64,000 nucleotides of DNA, from the NCBI GenBank assembly GCA_013360585.1, contig JABWBH010000027.1, positions 24,657-88,656 of the forward strand, in the 5' to 3' direction. Shown here one piece after another: positions 18,306 to 28,516 of this stretch (its first letter is position 1; each line of letters begins with the position of its first letter). Below the pieces are notes generated by a model that was given only the letters and a program-made list of their open reading frames with translations, did not search any database and was not told the origin of the DNA. The DNA comes from Phycisphaerae bacterium (GTDB taxonomy: Bacteria; Planctomycetota; Phycisphaerae; UBA1845). The translations under genes and the position numbers were made by a program.

Positions 18306-18734
18306 TCGTGCCAAGCCCCCCGGCGATCAATCGCTGGGCAATTCTCGGCTGCCCCTGCGGGGCACAAAGACGCGCCGCCAATCCGTCGTCTCTTCGGGGC
18401 ACAAGGGCGAGCCGTGTCGCGACCTTAAGACCCTCCAGGCGCTACGCACTGGAGTCAGATGGAACCTCAGGAGGCGTCTTTCCTGCTGCGGGAGGGCGTT
18501 CCTGGGGCGGGATGCTGGACAACGGGACGTACTTCCGAAATATTAGGCGTTGGTCAAGTCGGTCTGAACGGTTGCAAGTGCGGAACCGTCCGGGCGGGCC
18601 GGGCCGGCAAGGGAGGCGGGCCGGAGGCGCGCCCCGGGAAGGGGCGATCGTTTCCGCGGCGCCGGGAACCAGGCCGTCCTGTGCGTTGTTGAAGATGAAG
18701 ATGAGGTTGAACGGAGCCTACGGAGGAAGCACCT

Positions 18735-19043
18735 GTGCAATTGACTGTAAAGAGCCGTCACGTGGAGGTTCCCGAGGAAATCCGCAAATACGCGGAGACG
18801 AAGGCGTCGAAACTGCCGCGGTTCCTGGACCGCATTTCCGCGATTGAATTCGTACTGGATCAGGAGTCGGATCTGTGGACGGCGGAGCTGATCGTCAAGG
18901 TGGACCGGGCAAGCGACTTCGTGGCGAAGGAGACGGGACCGGACCGGTATGCTCTGATTGATTCGATCGTGGAGAAGGTGGAGCGGCAACTGATCCGGCA
19001 CAAGGAGAAGGTCAAAGACCACCACCCGCGTCAGAATCACTAG
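18735..19043 (+). CDS. hpf: ribosome hibernation promoting factor (HPF/RaiA family)
   Basis: 102 aa, GTG start. LTVKSRHVEVPEEIRKYAETKASKL...IVEKVERQLIRHKEK is the classic sigma-54-modulation / HPF pattern. Confidence 0.85.
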   Translation: MQLTVKSRHVEVPEEIRKYAETKASKLPRFLDRISAIEFVLDQESDLWTAELIVKVDRASDFVAKETGPDRYALIDSIVEKVERQLIRHKEKVKDHHPRQNH

Positions 19044-19085
19044 GGGGCACAGGTGGCGTGTACGGCCCCGGGAGCTAGAAAGATC

Positions 19086-19553
19086 ATGAAACTGGCGGAC
19101 CTGGTGATCACGGATGCGGTGATTCCGGACCTGGAGTCGACGGACCGCATCGGGGTCATACGAGAGCTGATCCACGCTCTGTCGGGCCACGGGGTGTTCG
19201 ACCCGGCGGACGAGCAGAAGGTGTTCGACAGCGCCGTGGCCCGGGAGAAGCAGGGGAGCACGGGTTTTGGCAAAGGTGTCGCCGTTCCGCACGTGAAGCA
19301 CGCGGCGGTGAAGAGGATGGCGGCGACGATCGGGCGTTCGAGCAAGGGGGTGGATTTCGCGGCACTGGACCGGGCGCCGGTGTATACGGTCGTGCTTCTG
19401 TTAAGCCCCGTGTCCGAACCTGAGGGGCATCTTGCGGCGATGGAGCGCATCTTCCGCCACCTTCAGCGGGACAATTTCCGTCGTTTCCTGCGTCAGGCGG
19501 ACACGAAAGAGGCGATCGGCGAGCTGATCGCCGAGGCGGATGAGACGACGTAG
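19086..19553 (+). CDS. ptsN: PTS EIIA (nitrogen-regulatory PtsN type)
   Basis: MKLADLV..., and GFGKGVAVPHVKH with the phospho-His. Position directly after hpf. Confidence 0.8.
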   Translation: MKLADLVITDAVIPDLESTDRIGVIRELIHALSGHGVFDPADEQKVFDSAVAREKQGSTGFGKGVAVPHVKHAAVKRMAATIGRSSKGVDFAALDRAPVYTVVLLLSPVSEPEGHLAAMERIFRHLQRDNFRRFLRQADTKEAIGELIAEADETT

Positions 19554-19619
19554 ACCACGCCGGCGTCGCGGCCCGGTCCCGCCGGTCTGACCCGGGTTGG
19601 AGAAGCATCCGCCTCGATC

Positions 19620-19913
19620 ATGAATTCCTCATGCTCATGCGAGGTCGAGGTCGTCAACGCCCAGGGGATGCACGCGCGCCCGGTGATGAAGTTTGTGGAT
19701 CTGGCGTCGCAATTTGAGTCCGAAGTCATGGTGCGGAACCTGTCGCGTCGAGGGGAGGATCTGGACGGGAAGAGCGCGATGCACCTGATGCTGCTGGACG
19801 CGGCGCAGGGGTCGAGACTTCGGATCAGCGCAAGGGGCGCAGACGCGGCGGCGGCGGTGGAGGCGCTGGCGGCACTGGTCCGGGACGGATTCGGGATGTC
19901 GGAAGGCGCGTAG
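19620..19913 (+). CDS. ptsH: HPr family phosphocarrier protein
   Basis: VVNAQGMHARPVMKFV (His15 motif) and GKSAMHLMLL (Ser46 region). Confidence 0.85.
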   Translation: MNSSCSCEVEVVNAQGMHARPVMKFVDLASQFESEVMVRNLSRRGEDLDGKSAMHLMLLDAAQGSRLRISARGADAAAAVEALAALVRDGFGMSEGA

Positions 19914-19925
19914 GCGGGAGCAGGG

Positions 19926-21668
19926 ATGGAGATCCTCAGGGGCATCGCGGTGGGACCGGGCATCGCCATCGGCGAGGCGGTGGTGCTGGACGCCGAGGAT
20001 TTCCGGATTCCCTGCCGCAGCGTCGCCCGGGCGGCCGTCGAGCAGGAGCGCGAGAAGTTCCGGCAGGCGGTGGAAGGCTCGATCGCCGAACTGGAGCGGC
20101 AGACGCAGTGGTTGCTGGGGAACCTCGGGCGTGAGGCGGCGAACGTGTTCGCCTGGCACATCGGCGTGCTGAAGGATGCGAAGCTTCAGCAGGGGATTCT
20201 TCGGAACATTCAGGAGAAGGCGTACAGCGCCGCGTACGCGACGAGCACGGTGATGCGGGAGTATCAGCGGCGGTTCCTGCAGATGTCGGATCCGCTGCTG
20301 GTGGAGCGGATCCGTGACGTGCGGGACATTGAGCGCCGGCTTTTACGCAACATTCTCGGGGATACGCGGGAGGATCTGGCGCACCTGACGAAACCGGCGG
20401 TGCTGATCGCGCACGACCTGACGCCGACGCAGACGGCGCAACTGGCGGACACGCTGGTGACGGGCGTGGCGCTGGACGTGGGGGGAGCCACATCGCACAC
20501 GGCGATCCTGCTGCATTCGTGGGGTCGTCCGTCGGTCATCGGGCTTAACGACGTCTCGACACGCCTCAGCGGCGGAGACACGGTCATCATCGATGCGGTC
20601 AACCAGCTCGTCATCGCCAACCCGGACGAGACGACGCTCAAGGAATACCGCGAGCAGGAGTCGAATTACACGCGCCTCGCGGCCGAGCTGGACACGCTGC
20701 GCGACCTGCCCTCGATCACCCGCGACGGAGAACCGGTTCATCTTCTCAGCAACGTCGAGTTCCCTCACGAGGCGCGGACGAGCCTGGCGAAGGGGGCGGA
20801 AGGGGTAGGGTTGTTTCGGACGGAGTTCCTCTTTCTCCAGCCGAGCGGATTTCCGTCGGAGGAGGACCAGTACCGGGCGTACGTGGAGACGGTGCGGGCG
20901 ATGGAGGGGCGTCCGGTGACGATCCGGACGTTCGATCTGGGGGCGGACAAATACACCCAGGAGAAGCGTTACGAGCATGAGCGGAACCCGATGTTGGGGC
21001 TGAGGTCGATCCGCTACAGTCTGGCCAACGTGGGGATGTTCAAGACGCAACTGCGGGCGATCCTTCGGGCGGCGGTGGAAGGGGAGGTGCGGCTCATGTT
21101 TCCGCTGCTGATGAGCCTGATGGAGTTCCGCCAGGCGAAAATGACGCTGCACGACGCGATGGAGGATCTGGAAGAGGCGGGGATACCGTACCGGCGGGAA
21201 CTGCCGGTCGGGATCATGCTGGAAACGCCCGCGGCGGCGATTCAGGTGAAGGAATTCTGCCGGGAAGTCGATTTTATCAGCATCGGAACGAACGACCTGC
21301 TTCAGTACCTGGTGGCGGTGGACCGGGGGAACGAGGAAGTTTCGCGTTTTTACGACCCGTCGCACCCGGCTTTGCTGCGGACGCTGGCGGACGTGGTGAG
21401 CGCCTGTACAAAGGCGGGTCGGGACTGTAGTCTTTGTGGAGAGATGGCGGGAAGTCCGCTTTATGCGTTGTTCCTGCTGGGGATCGGGCTGCGAAGTTTT
21501 TCGATGGCGCCCGCGAATATCCCCGAAATCAAGAAGTTGATCCGGCTGGCGACGGTGGCGCAGGCGCGCCGCGTCGCCCGCAGAGCCTTGACATTCGAGA
21601 CGGAGCGCCAGGTAACGAGTTACCTGCGCGAGGAAACCAGGAAACTTTTGCCAGAGGACCCGATTTAG
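19926..21668 (+). CDS. ptsI: phosphoenolpyruvate-protein phosphotransferase (Enzyme I)
   Basis: 580 aa. GGATSHTAILLHSWGRPSV (phospho-His) and a C-terminal PEP-utilising TIM barrel (GLFRTEFLF, SIGTNDL). Confidence 0.9.
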   Translation: MEILRGIAVGPGIAIGEAVVLDAEDFRIPCRSVARAAVEQEREKFRQAVEGSIAELERQTQWLLGNLGREAANVFAWHIGVLKDAKLQQGILRNIQEKAYSAAYATSTVMREYQRRFLQMSDPLLVERIRDVRDIERRLLRNILGDTREDLAHLTKPAVLIAHDLTPTQTAQLADTLVTGVALDVGGATSHTAILLHSWGRPSVIGLNDVSTRLSGGDTVIIDAVNQLVIANPDETTLKEYREQESNYTRLAAELDTLRDLPSITRDGEPVHLLSNVEFPHEARTSLAKGAEGVGLFRTEFLFLQPSGFPSEEDQYRAYVETVRAMEGRPVTIRTFDLGADKYTQEKRYEHERNPMLGLRSIRYSLANVGMFKTQLRAILRAAVEGEVRLMFPLLMSLMEFRQAKMTLHDAMEDLEEAGIPYRRELPVGIMLETPAAAIQVKEFCREVDFISIGTNDLLQYLVAVDRGNEEVSRFYDPSHPALLRTLADVVSACTKAGRDCSLCGEMAGSPLYALFLLGIGLRSFSMAPANIPEIKKLIRLATVAQARRVARRALTFETERQVTSYLREETRKLLPEDPI

Positions 21669-21675
21669 GGGGGAT

Positions 21676-22317
21676 GTGTCGGAAGCGCGGGAGCGACATC
21701 GGTTGGCGTTGACGTTTCGGATCGACGGCGATGTCCGGTTCATCTCCCATCACGACACCCTCCGCGTGTTTCGGCGGGCATTCGCCCGAGCCGAACTGCC
21801 GATCCGCTTTACGGAAGGCTTTAATCCGCATCCGAAGCTGAGCCTGCCTCTACCGCGGCCGGTCGGACTCGCCAGCGAGGCTGAAGTCCTGGTCGCGGAG
21901 ATGGAGGAGGCGATCCCGCCGAACGAGGTTCTGGAGCGCTTGTCGCGTCAGATGCCCGGGGGGATCGAGTTGGCGGCGTGTCGCGCGTTGGGCGCCAAGG
22001 AGCGTCTGTCGCCGGTCACCGCCACGTACCGCTTCAGCCCGGGTGAGCCGACCTCAGAGTTGGGAGAACGCATGACCCAGGTGCTCGCAACCGAGACCTG
22101 GATCGTCGATCGCGTGGATCGTCAGTCCGGTCGGCGTCGTCCGATCGACGTGAAGCCGTTTCTTATCCGTCTGGAGCTTTGCTCCGAGGGCGTGGAGTTT
22201 ACGCTTCGCGTCGGTGACGACGGATCGGCCCGTCCTGCCGAAATCGCAGCAGCACTCGGGTTCCACGCGGATGCGGTCTATCACCGCATGACGCGAGTGG
22301 AGGTGCGATGGCGCTGA
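21676..22317 (+). CDS. DUF2344 / TIGR03936-type radical-SAM-associated protein
   Basis: FRIDGDVRFISHHDTLRVFRRAFARAELPIRFTEGFNPHPKLSLPLP matches my recollection of this family. It overlaps the rne start by 10 nt. Confidence 0.75.
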   Translation: MSEARERHRLALTFRIDGDVRFISHHDTLRVFRRAFARAELPIRFTEGFNPHPKLSLPLPRPVGLASEAEVLVAEMEEAIPPNEVLERLSRQMPGGIELAACRALGAKERLSPVTATYRFSPGEPTSELGERMTQVLATETWIVDRVDRQSGRRRPIDVKPFLIRLELCSEGVEFTLRVGDDGSARPAEIAAALGFHADAVYHRMTRVEVRWR

Positions 22318-25193
22318 CGAAACTGACCGAGGAACGCACGGAACCCGCATCGACGACTGCGGCGGACCAACCCAACACAACTGACGAAAAGCCCGCGAAG
22401 CCCGCCGCACGGCGCTCCCGAACCGGGAGGCGAACCGCGAAGGGCGAGCCGAAGCCCGACGTCCCCGCGGTCTCGGCCGACGGCGGAAACGAATCCGCGG
22501 TGTCTGATCCGGCGCCGAAGCGAGGGGATCGCCGTCGCAGGGGATCCCGACGCGACAAGGTTGAAAAGCCAGTCGAAAGCGGCGAACCGGCGGAGAAGCC
22601 TTCCGAGACCGCGCCCTCTCGAGCGACGGAAGCTTTAGCGCAACCCGCGGCCAACATCGCGCGGCCTGCGTTCGGCGCGCCGCTGGGACCGCCGTCTCGG
22701 GCCGAGTCGTTTGATTTCGGAGCGGGGCTCTTCGACGACGAACCTTCGCCGGCCCTCGCGCCTCCGCCGCCTGCGCCTGTGCGAGCATCAGCGCCGCCGC
22801 CTGCCGCGCCGCACTTACGCCCGACGCCCGAGCCAGTTGCATCGCCTTCGGGGCCGGCGGGCAGCGACGGGAAGTCGGAAACCGAGGTTGCAGGGCAGCG
22901 CAGCAAGCCGCGACGGCGTCGCCTCGGACGAGGGCGTCGCGAGAATGAGGCGGTCGGCGATCCGCGTCGCACGGACGCGCCGCCGGGTCAGGATCGGCGG
23001 TCGGACGTCCCGTCTGACGAGCGACGCGCACCCCGACCGGAAGCTCGCCGCGAGGTTCGTAACGACGAGTCGGTGGAACCGGGCGCGTTTGAACCCGCCG
23101 ATGACGTACCGGATTGGGTGGAGGAGGGCACGTTCGAACCCGAGTCGGCGTCCGGAGAGGATCGTGGGTGGCACGATCATCATGAAGAAGAGGAGGGAAG
23201 CGCTCCGCGGTCCGAGCAAGCGACCCCCTCGACCGAGGACGAGGCCGCGGGCCGCCGCCGCCGTCGCCGTCGCGGCGGTCGTCGGCGTCGCGGACGCGGG
23301 GACGAAGCCGTCGGGGAAGAGCAGGCACCTCGTCGCGTGCCGGCATCGCCGGTTGCGGGGCGAACGACGGAAGCGACCGACGACGAGGAGAGTGAGGACT
23401 TTGACGACTTCGAGCCGGGCGCTTCCACGGACGTGGATGAGGATATTCCGATTGCGTCCGAACCGGCAGGCGCCGGCGAACGCGAGTTACTGATCAACAT
23501 CGCGGAATCCGAGGAGTGCCGGATCGCGGTGCTGCATCGCGGAAGGCTCGAGGAGATCTTCATCGAGCGTCAAAGCGCGCAGTCGCACGTGGGGAACGTG
23601 TACAAGGCGAAGGTCACGAACGTCGAGCCGAGCATTCAGGCCGCCTTTGTGGACTTCGGGTTGCCCAAAAACGGCTTCCTGCACATCTCCGACGTTCATA
23701 AGAAGTACTTCCCCGGCAGCGACAAGTCGAACGAGGACGTGGGGAGAAAGATTGCGAAGCGCGACCGCCCGCTGATCCAGCGCTGTCTGCGCCGTGGTCA
23801 GGAAATCATGGTGCAGGTCATCAAGGAGGGCGTCGGGACGAAGGGACCGACCGTGACGACGTACCTGTCCATCCCCGGGCGGTTTCTGGTGATGATGCCC
23901 GGGATGGGCAAACTGGGCGTCTCGCGCAAGATCGAGGATGAAGACCTGCGCCGCCAGATGCGCCACGTGCTGGGAGAGCTGACGCTTCCCGAAGGCGTGG
24001 GGTTCATCCTCCGCACGGCCGGGATGGGACAGACGAAGCGAGAGCTTCAGCGGGATCTGAACTATCTGACGCGCCTCTGGAAAAAACTGTGCGAGCGTGA
24101 GGAGAAGCTGCCCGCGCCGGCCGAGTTGTACCGCGAGCAGGATCTGGTGATCCGCACGATGCGCGACGTGTACTCGTCGGACTTCAAGCGCGTCGTCGTC
24201 GACGACGCGGAGACGGCTCGGCGCATCCGCGATTTTCTGCGGATCGCGATGCCCCGCGCGCAGCAGCGGATCGAGCTTTACGCCGACAAAGAGCCGATGT
24301 TTCACCGCTTCGGGATCGAGCGGGAGCTGGCGCTGCTCAACTCGCGACGCGTACCGCTTCCGTCCGGCGGATCGATCGTCATCGACACCGGCGAAGCGAT
24401 GACCACGATCGACGTCAACAGCGGAAAGTTCCGCCGCCCGGACAACGCGGAGGAGACGGCGCTGGCGATCAACCTCGAAGCCGCGGAAGAAATCACGCGG
24501 CAACTGCGCCTCCGCGACATCGGCGGGATCATTGTCTGCGACTTCATCGACATGGTGCAGCTCTCGAACCGCCGCAAGGTCGTGAACGCGATGCGCGAAG
24601 GCCTGCGCAAACACAAGGAGCGCGCCCGTGTGCTGAACATGAGTCCCTTCGGACTGGTCGAGATCACGCGCCAGAGGCAGAGGCATTCCTACGCCCGAAG
24701 CCTGTATTCGCATTGTCCGGTCTGTGACTCGACCGGCTGGGTCAAGACGCCGGAGTCCGTCGCCCTCGACGTGATCCGGATCCTGCGCTACCTGGTCGCG
24801 CAGCCGCAGGTGCATCGCATCCGCTGCCACGTGGCGGCGGGGGTGGCGCTGGCGGTCCTCAACCGGAAACGCGCGGAGCTGAGCCGTCTCGAAGGCGACA
24901 CGGGAAAATCGATCGAGATCTTCGCCGAGGACGGGCTTTTCGGAGAGCAGATGCGCGTTGAGTGCGAGGATGTCCGGGGGGTGGCGCTGAACCTTCCGAG
25001 CCTGCCGGACGCGCCGTCGGTCCGGGCGGACAACGAGCGTCGCAACGGATCAGGGCGTCATCAAACCGAGCGCGAGTCCGCCGCCCCGGTGGAAGCGGCG
25101 CCGGAATCGGCTTCCGGAGAATCCTCGGGGCGCGAGGGCCGGCCTCGCCGCAGGCGTCGCGGTGGACGCGGACGCAACCGCAACCGGGATTAA
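22308..25193 (+). CDS. rne: Rne/Rng family ribonuclease (RNase E/G) with a ~390-aa disordered N-terminal extension
   Basis: S1 domain GNVYKAKVTNVEPSIQAAFVDFG. Catalytic region with VIDTGEAMTTIDVNSG and IVCDFIDM. Arg/Pro/Glu-rich low-complexity N-terminus and an RRRRRGGRGRNRNRD tail. Confidence 0.85.
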   Translation: MALTKLTEERTEPASTTAADQPNTTDEKPAKPAARRSRTGRRTAKGEPKPDVPAVSADGGNESAVSDPAPKRGDRRRRGSRRDKVEKPVESGEPAEKPSETAPSRATEALAQPAANIARPAFGAPLGPPSRAESFDFGAGLFDDEPSPALAPPPPAPVRASAPPPAAPHLRPTPEPVASPSGPAGSDGKSETEVAGQRSKPRRRRLGRGRRENEAVGDPRRTDAPPGQDRRSDVPSDERRAPRPEARREVRNDESVEPGAFEPADDVPDWVEEGTFEPESASGEDRGWHDHHEEEEGSAPRSEQATPSTEDEAAGRRRRRRRGGRRRRGRGDEAVGEEQAPRRVPASPVAGRTTEATDDEESEDFDDFEPGASTDVDEDIPIASEPAGAGERELLINIAESEECRIAVLHRGRLEEIFIERQSAQSHVGNVYKAKVTNVEPSIQAAFVDFGLPKNGFLHISDVHKKYFPGSDKSNEDVGRKIAKRDRPLIQRCLRRGQEIMVQVIKEGVGTKGPTVTTYLSIPGRFLVMMPGMGKLGVSRKIEDEDLRRQMRHVLGELTLPEGVGFILRTAGMGQTKRELQRDLNYLTRLWKKLCEREEKLPAPAELYREQDLVIRTMRDVYSSDFKRVVVDDAETARRIRDFLRIAMPRAQQRIELYADKEPMFHRFGIERELALLNSRRVPLPSGGSIVIDTGEAMTTIDVNSGKFRRPDNAEETALAINLEAAEEITRQLRLRDIGGIIVCDFIDMVQLSNRRKVVNAMREGLRKHKERARVLNMSPFGLVEITRQRQRHSYARSLYSHCPVCDSTGWVKTPESVALDVIRILRYLVAQPQVHRIRCHVAAGVALAVLNRKRAELSRLEGDTGKSIEIFAEDGLFGEQMRVECEDVRGVALNLPSLPDAPSVRADNERRNGSGRHQTERESAAPVEAAPESASGESSGREGRPRRRRRGGRGRNRNRD

Positions 25194-25280
25194 GCAGACG
25201 GACAAGACGCGGCACGACGGTGGCGGTCGGCGCACCATCCCGGACGCGCCCGGGCGGCGCTGAAGGCGCCCGCTCGCGGT

Positions 25281-26585
25281 TCAGGCGTCGAAGCTGCGGA
25301 CGATGACGGCGTCATTCTGCCCGCCGAAGCCGAAGCTGTTGGACATCGCCGTGCGCACCGGATGCGGGCGCGCCGCGTTCGGCACGTAGTCCAATTCGCA
25401 GAAGGGGTCCGGCGTCTCGTAGTTGATCGTCGGGGGGACGACGCCGTCGCGGATCGCCAGAATGCAGGTGATCAGTTCGACGACCCCAGCCGCGGCGATC
25501 AGGTGTCCGAGCATGCTTTTTACGCTCGAAATCGGGACGAGGGGGGCGCGATCGCCGAAAAGCCTGCGGATCGCCAGCGTCTCGATCTTGTCGTTTTCCT
25601 GCGTGCCCGTGCCGTGCGCGGAGATGTAGTCGATGTCGTCGATCGCAAGCCCCGCGGTCTGAAGCGCCATCCGCATCGCCGCGATCGCGCCGCGACCCTC
25701 CTCGTGAATGTCCGTGATGCGGAAGGCGTCGGCCGTCGATCCGAACCCGACGATCTCCGCGTAGATCTTCGCGCCGCGCGACCGGGCGTGCTCCAGTTCC
25801 TCGAGGATGATCATTCCCGCGCCTTCACCGAGGACGAAACCGTCGCGGTTGCGATCAAACGGACGGGAGGCGCGCGGCGGATCCTCGTTGTGCGTGGACA
25901 GCGCCGTCAGGCGGTTGAACCCGGTGACGCCGAGCGGGTGAATCATGCTGTGCGTGCCCCCGGAGACAACCGCGTCCGCGTCGCCGTGACGGATCATGTG
26001 CATCGCTTCGCCGATCGCCTGCGTGCTGGCGGCGCAGGCCGTCAGCGTGTTCAGGCTCGGACCTTGAACATTGAAGTGAACCGCCAGGTGGCTGGCCGCC
26101 AGATTCGGATCCTGTTCGAGTTCGTTGACCGCGTTGAGCCGCTGAAGCGCGCGGCGCGCCCAGCGGATCGTGTCCAGCGGGATGGCGCGGCCGGCGTCGT
26201 CCCGACAACCGGCGACCGCCGCCTCGGCGAAGGCATCGAAGTCGATCGGACCTTCTCCGCCGCCCAGATAAATACCGATCCGCGCCGGATCCGCGGGAGG
26301 GGTTCGGTCGAATCCCGCGTCCTTCCACGCGATGTGTGCCGCGGCGAGCGCGAACTGGGTGTTGCGGCTCGCGCCCGCGTGCGCATCCGCCGCGGGACCG
26401 AGGAAATCCGCCAACCGGAAATCCTTCACCTGTGCGGCGAAGGTCGTCGGATACGCAGCGGCGTCGAAAAGCTCATTCCGGCTGACGCCGCTTTCCCCGC
26501 GCAACAGCCGCTTCCAGACCGTCTCGATCTCGTGTCCGAGCGGCGTCACCCAGCCCAGCCCCGTGATGACCACCCGGCGTGACAT
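25281..26585 (-). CDS. fabF: beta-ketoacyl-ACP synthase II (FabF-like, canonical Cys-His-His)
   Basis: LTACAAS (Cys), SAHGTGT (His) and KSMLGHLIAAAG (His). Confidence 0.9.
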   Translation of the reverse strand: MSRRVVITGLGWVTPLGHEIETVWKRLLRGESGVSRNELFDAAAYPTTFAAQVKDFRLADFLGPAADAHAGASRNTQFALAAAHIAWKDAGFDRTPPADPARIGIYLGGGEGPIDFDAFAEAAVAGCRDDAGRAIPLDTIRWARRALQRLNAVNELEQDPNLAASHLAVHFNVQGPSLNTLTACAASTQAIGEAMHMIRHGDADAVVSGGTHSMIHPLGVTGFNRLTALSTHNEDPPRASRPFDRNRDGFVLGEGAGMIILEELEHARSRGAKIYAEIVGFGSTADAFRITDIHEEGRGAIAAMRMALQTAGLAIDDIDYISAHGTGTQENDKIETLAIRRLFGDRAPLVPISSVKSMLGHLIAAAGVVELITCILAIRDGVVPPTINYETPDPFCELDYVPNAARPHPVRTAMSNSFGFGGQNDAVIVRSFDA

Positions 26586-26588
26586 GCC

Positions 26589-27920
26589 TTATTCCTCAAT
26601 CCGGCGCACGACCAGCGCCGCCACCTGAGAACCCGCCAGTGCATACGCAGCGCTGACGAAAACGCTCAACCGCGCATCCGCCGGATCGCCCGAGGCGAAG
26701 CGAAACCCCGGCGCGGATGCGGCGTTCAACGAGGGCGGGACCGTCCGGTGATGCAGCGACAGAACGCCGGTCGCGAAGTCGATCGCACCCGAACCGGCGC
26801 CGTTGTTTCCCAGCGATCCCTTCACACCGACCGCCCAGGGCTTTTTCGCGGCATCGCCCAGCGCCGCGTTCCAGCCGGCAAGCTCCGACGCATCGTACGC
26901 CGGTATTCCCGCGCCGAAGGGGACGATCAGGTCGACGTCGTCCGGACGCACCGACGCCTCCTTCATCGCCGCACGCACCGCGAGTTCGACGGGGCGACCC
27001 GTCGGATCCGGACGGGACCAACTGTGCGCATTGCTCGCCGCGCCGAACCCCACGACTTCACCGTAAATCCGCGCTCCGCGACGATGCGCGTGCTCCAGCG
27101 CCTCCAGCACGATCAATCCGCCGCCCTCTCCCGCCACGGTTCCCGCTGCGTCCTCGCTGAAGGGGCGGCAGGCGCGCAGCGGATCGGCGTTCGAAGCCGT
27201 GTTCAGCTTGCCCAGCAGCAGCGGCCGGGTCAGCGCCATCGGGTTCACTTTGCTTTCGGCGCCGCCGCAGATGCACAGGTCCGCCGATCCGCGCGCGATC
27301 GTCCGGTAGGCCTCGCCGATCGCCAGGTGGCTCGACGCCTCGCCGCAGGTGATCGTGTTCGAGTTCGCCTGCGCGTCATGCACGATCGTCACATGACAGG
27401 CGAGCATGTTCGGAAGGAACTTCAGCAGCCACAGCGGCGTCAGATTCTCCATCCCGGCCGATCCCCACAACCGGTGGCTGAACCGGCCGGCGTCGTCCAC
27501 CGCGGTGTTCAAGGCGCCGGCCAGCTCCGCCAGATCGGCGCACACCAGACCCGCCCCGATATTCGCCCCGAACCGCGCCGGATCCACGTTGGGCGGTCCG
27601 GGCGACTCCCCGCGTCCGATCAGACACGCCGTCACCAGCCCCGCATCCTTCACCGCGTGATACGCGCACACCACCGCGATCTGCGTGTCCCGCGACATGA
27701 CCTTCGCCGCTTTGCGGTAGGACTTCGGGATCGCGTCATTCAACGAGAATTCAGGGAGTTCAGCCGCGATCCGGCAGGGCAGGCCCTCCGCATTGAACGA
27801 GCGCACCGGTCCGACGCCGCAACGTTGCGCCAGCAGCGCCTCCCAGTACGCTTCCGCGCCGATGCCGATCGGCGTCGCCACCCCCAGCCCGGTGATCACG
27901 ACTCGGCGCGATCCGCTCAT
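26589..27920 (-). CDS. beta-ketoacyl synthase-like partner lacking both catalytic histidines (CLF-like)
   Basis: KS fold throughout. Cys retained (NTITCGEASS). At the His positions it has VPFGAGIP (His->Phe) and KGSLGNNGAGSG (His->Asn). Confidence 0.8.
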   Translation of the reverse strand: MSGSRRVVITGLGVATPIGIGAEAYWEALLAQRCGVGPVRSFNAEGLPCRIAAELPEFSLNDAIPKSYRKAAKVMSRDTQIAVVCAYHAVKDAGLVTACLIGRGESPGPPNVDPARFGANIGAGLVCADLAELAGALNTAVDDAGRFSHRLWGSAGMENLTPLWLLKFLPNMLACHVTIVHDAQANSNTITCGEASSHLAIGEAYRTIARGSADLCICGGAESKVNPMALTRPLLLGKLNTASNADPLRACRPFSEDAAGTVAGEGGGLIVLEALEHAHRRGARIYGEVVGFGAASNAHSWSRPDPTGRPVELAVRAAMKEASVRPDDVDLIVPFGAGIPAYDASELAGWNAALGDAAKKPWAVGVKGSLGNNGAGSGAIDFATGVLSLHHRTVPPSLNAASAPGFRFASGDPADARLSVFVSAAYALAGSQVAALVVRRIEE

Positions 27921-28429
27921 GCGCCGCCCCCGCGGACCGCGTCGCCGACCGGTTGAAACGAACGCAGCAACGTCATGAAAGATTCGGTAAACACAAAGTT
28001 ATGCCTCGGCAATCCGGAGACCTGCGCCGCCCCGACATGCGAAAACATCAGGTCGACCCGCCCGAACTCCTCTCCGTTGCGACGGACAACGCCGCGCGTC
28101 GTCGCGCCGTGATCCTCCAGCGTCTCGATCCTCGCCTCGTACGCCAGCGTGTCGCCCGGGACGGCGTAGTCGTCAAACGACGCCGAGCGGATTTTCGCCA
28201 GAATCACGTTCTCGCGGAAATCTCGCGCTTGCCCCACCAGGATGCCCGCCGTCTGCGCCATCCCCTCGATGACCAGCGACGCGGGCATGACCGGAAATCC
28301 CGGAAGGTGATCGTGCAGGTGCTCCTCGGCGCGCGTGACGTTCTTGACCGCCACCGCACGGCACCCGGGCTCGAACTCGACAAACTTGTCGATCCAGATC
28401 CAGCGCATGAAAACCCCGCCGGAACGCAC
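27917..28429 (-). CDS. 3-hydroxyacyl-ACP dehydratase (FabZ-like hotdog)
   Basis: EEHLHDHLPGFPVMPASLVIEGMAQTAGIL carries the His and Glu of FabZ/FabA. 4-nt overlap with the downstream KS-like gene. Confidence 0.8.
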   Translation of the reverse strand: MRSGGVFMRWIWIDKFVEFEPGCRAVAVKNVTRAEEHLHDHLPGFPVMPASLVIEGMAQTAGILVGQARDFRENVILAKIRSASFDDYAVPGDTLAYEARIETLEDHGATTRGVVRRNGEEFGRVDLMFSHVGAAQVSGLPRHNFVFTESFMTLLRSFQPVGDAVRGGGA

Positions 28430-28516
28430 CCCCGACCGGACCGCGCGAGCCGCCGGCTCCGTTCCTGTCGCAATGCGGCACGTCTCCCGCAGACGGCGGG
28501 GCGCCCAAGGCGAGAC

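Noticed and set aside
22054-23563. Several long ORFs on both strands (430, 257, 260, 134 and 127 aa) inside the rne N-terminal region
   Set aside because: All are Arg/Pro/Ala low-complexity shadows of the GC-rich disordered extension. Only the frame continuous with the RNase E/G catalytic core is credible.
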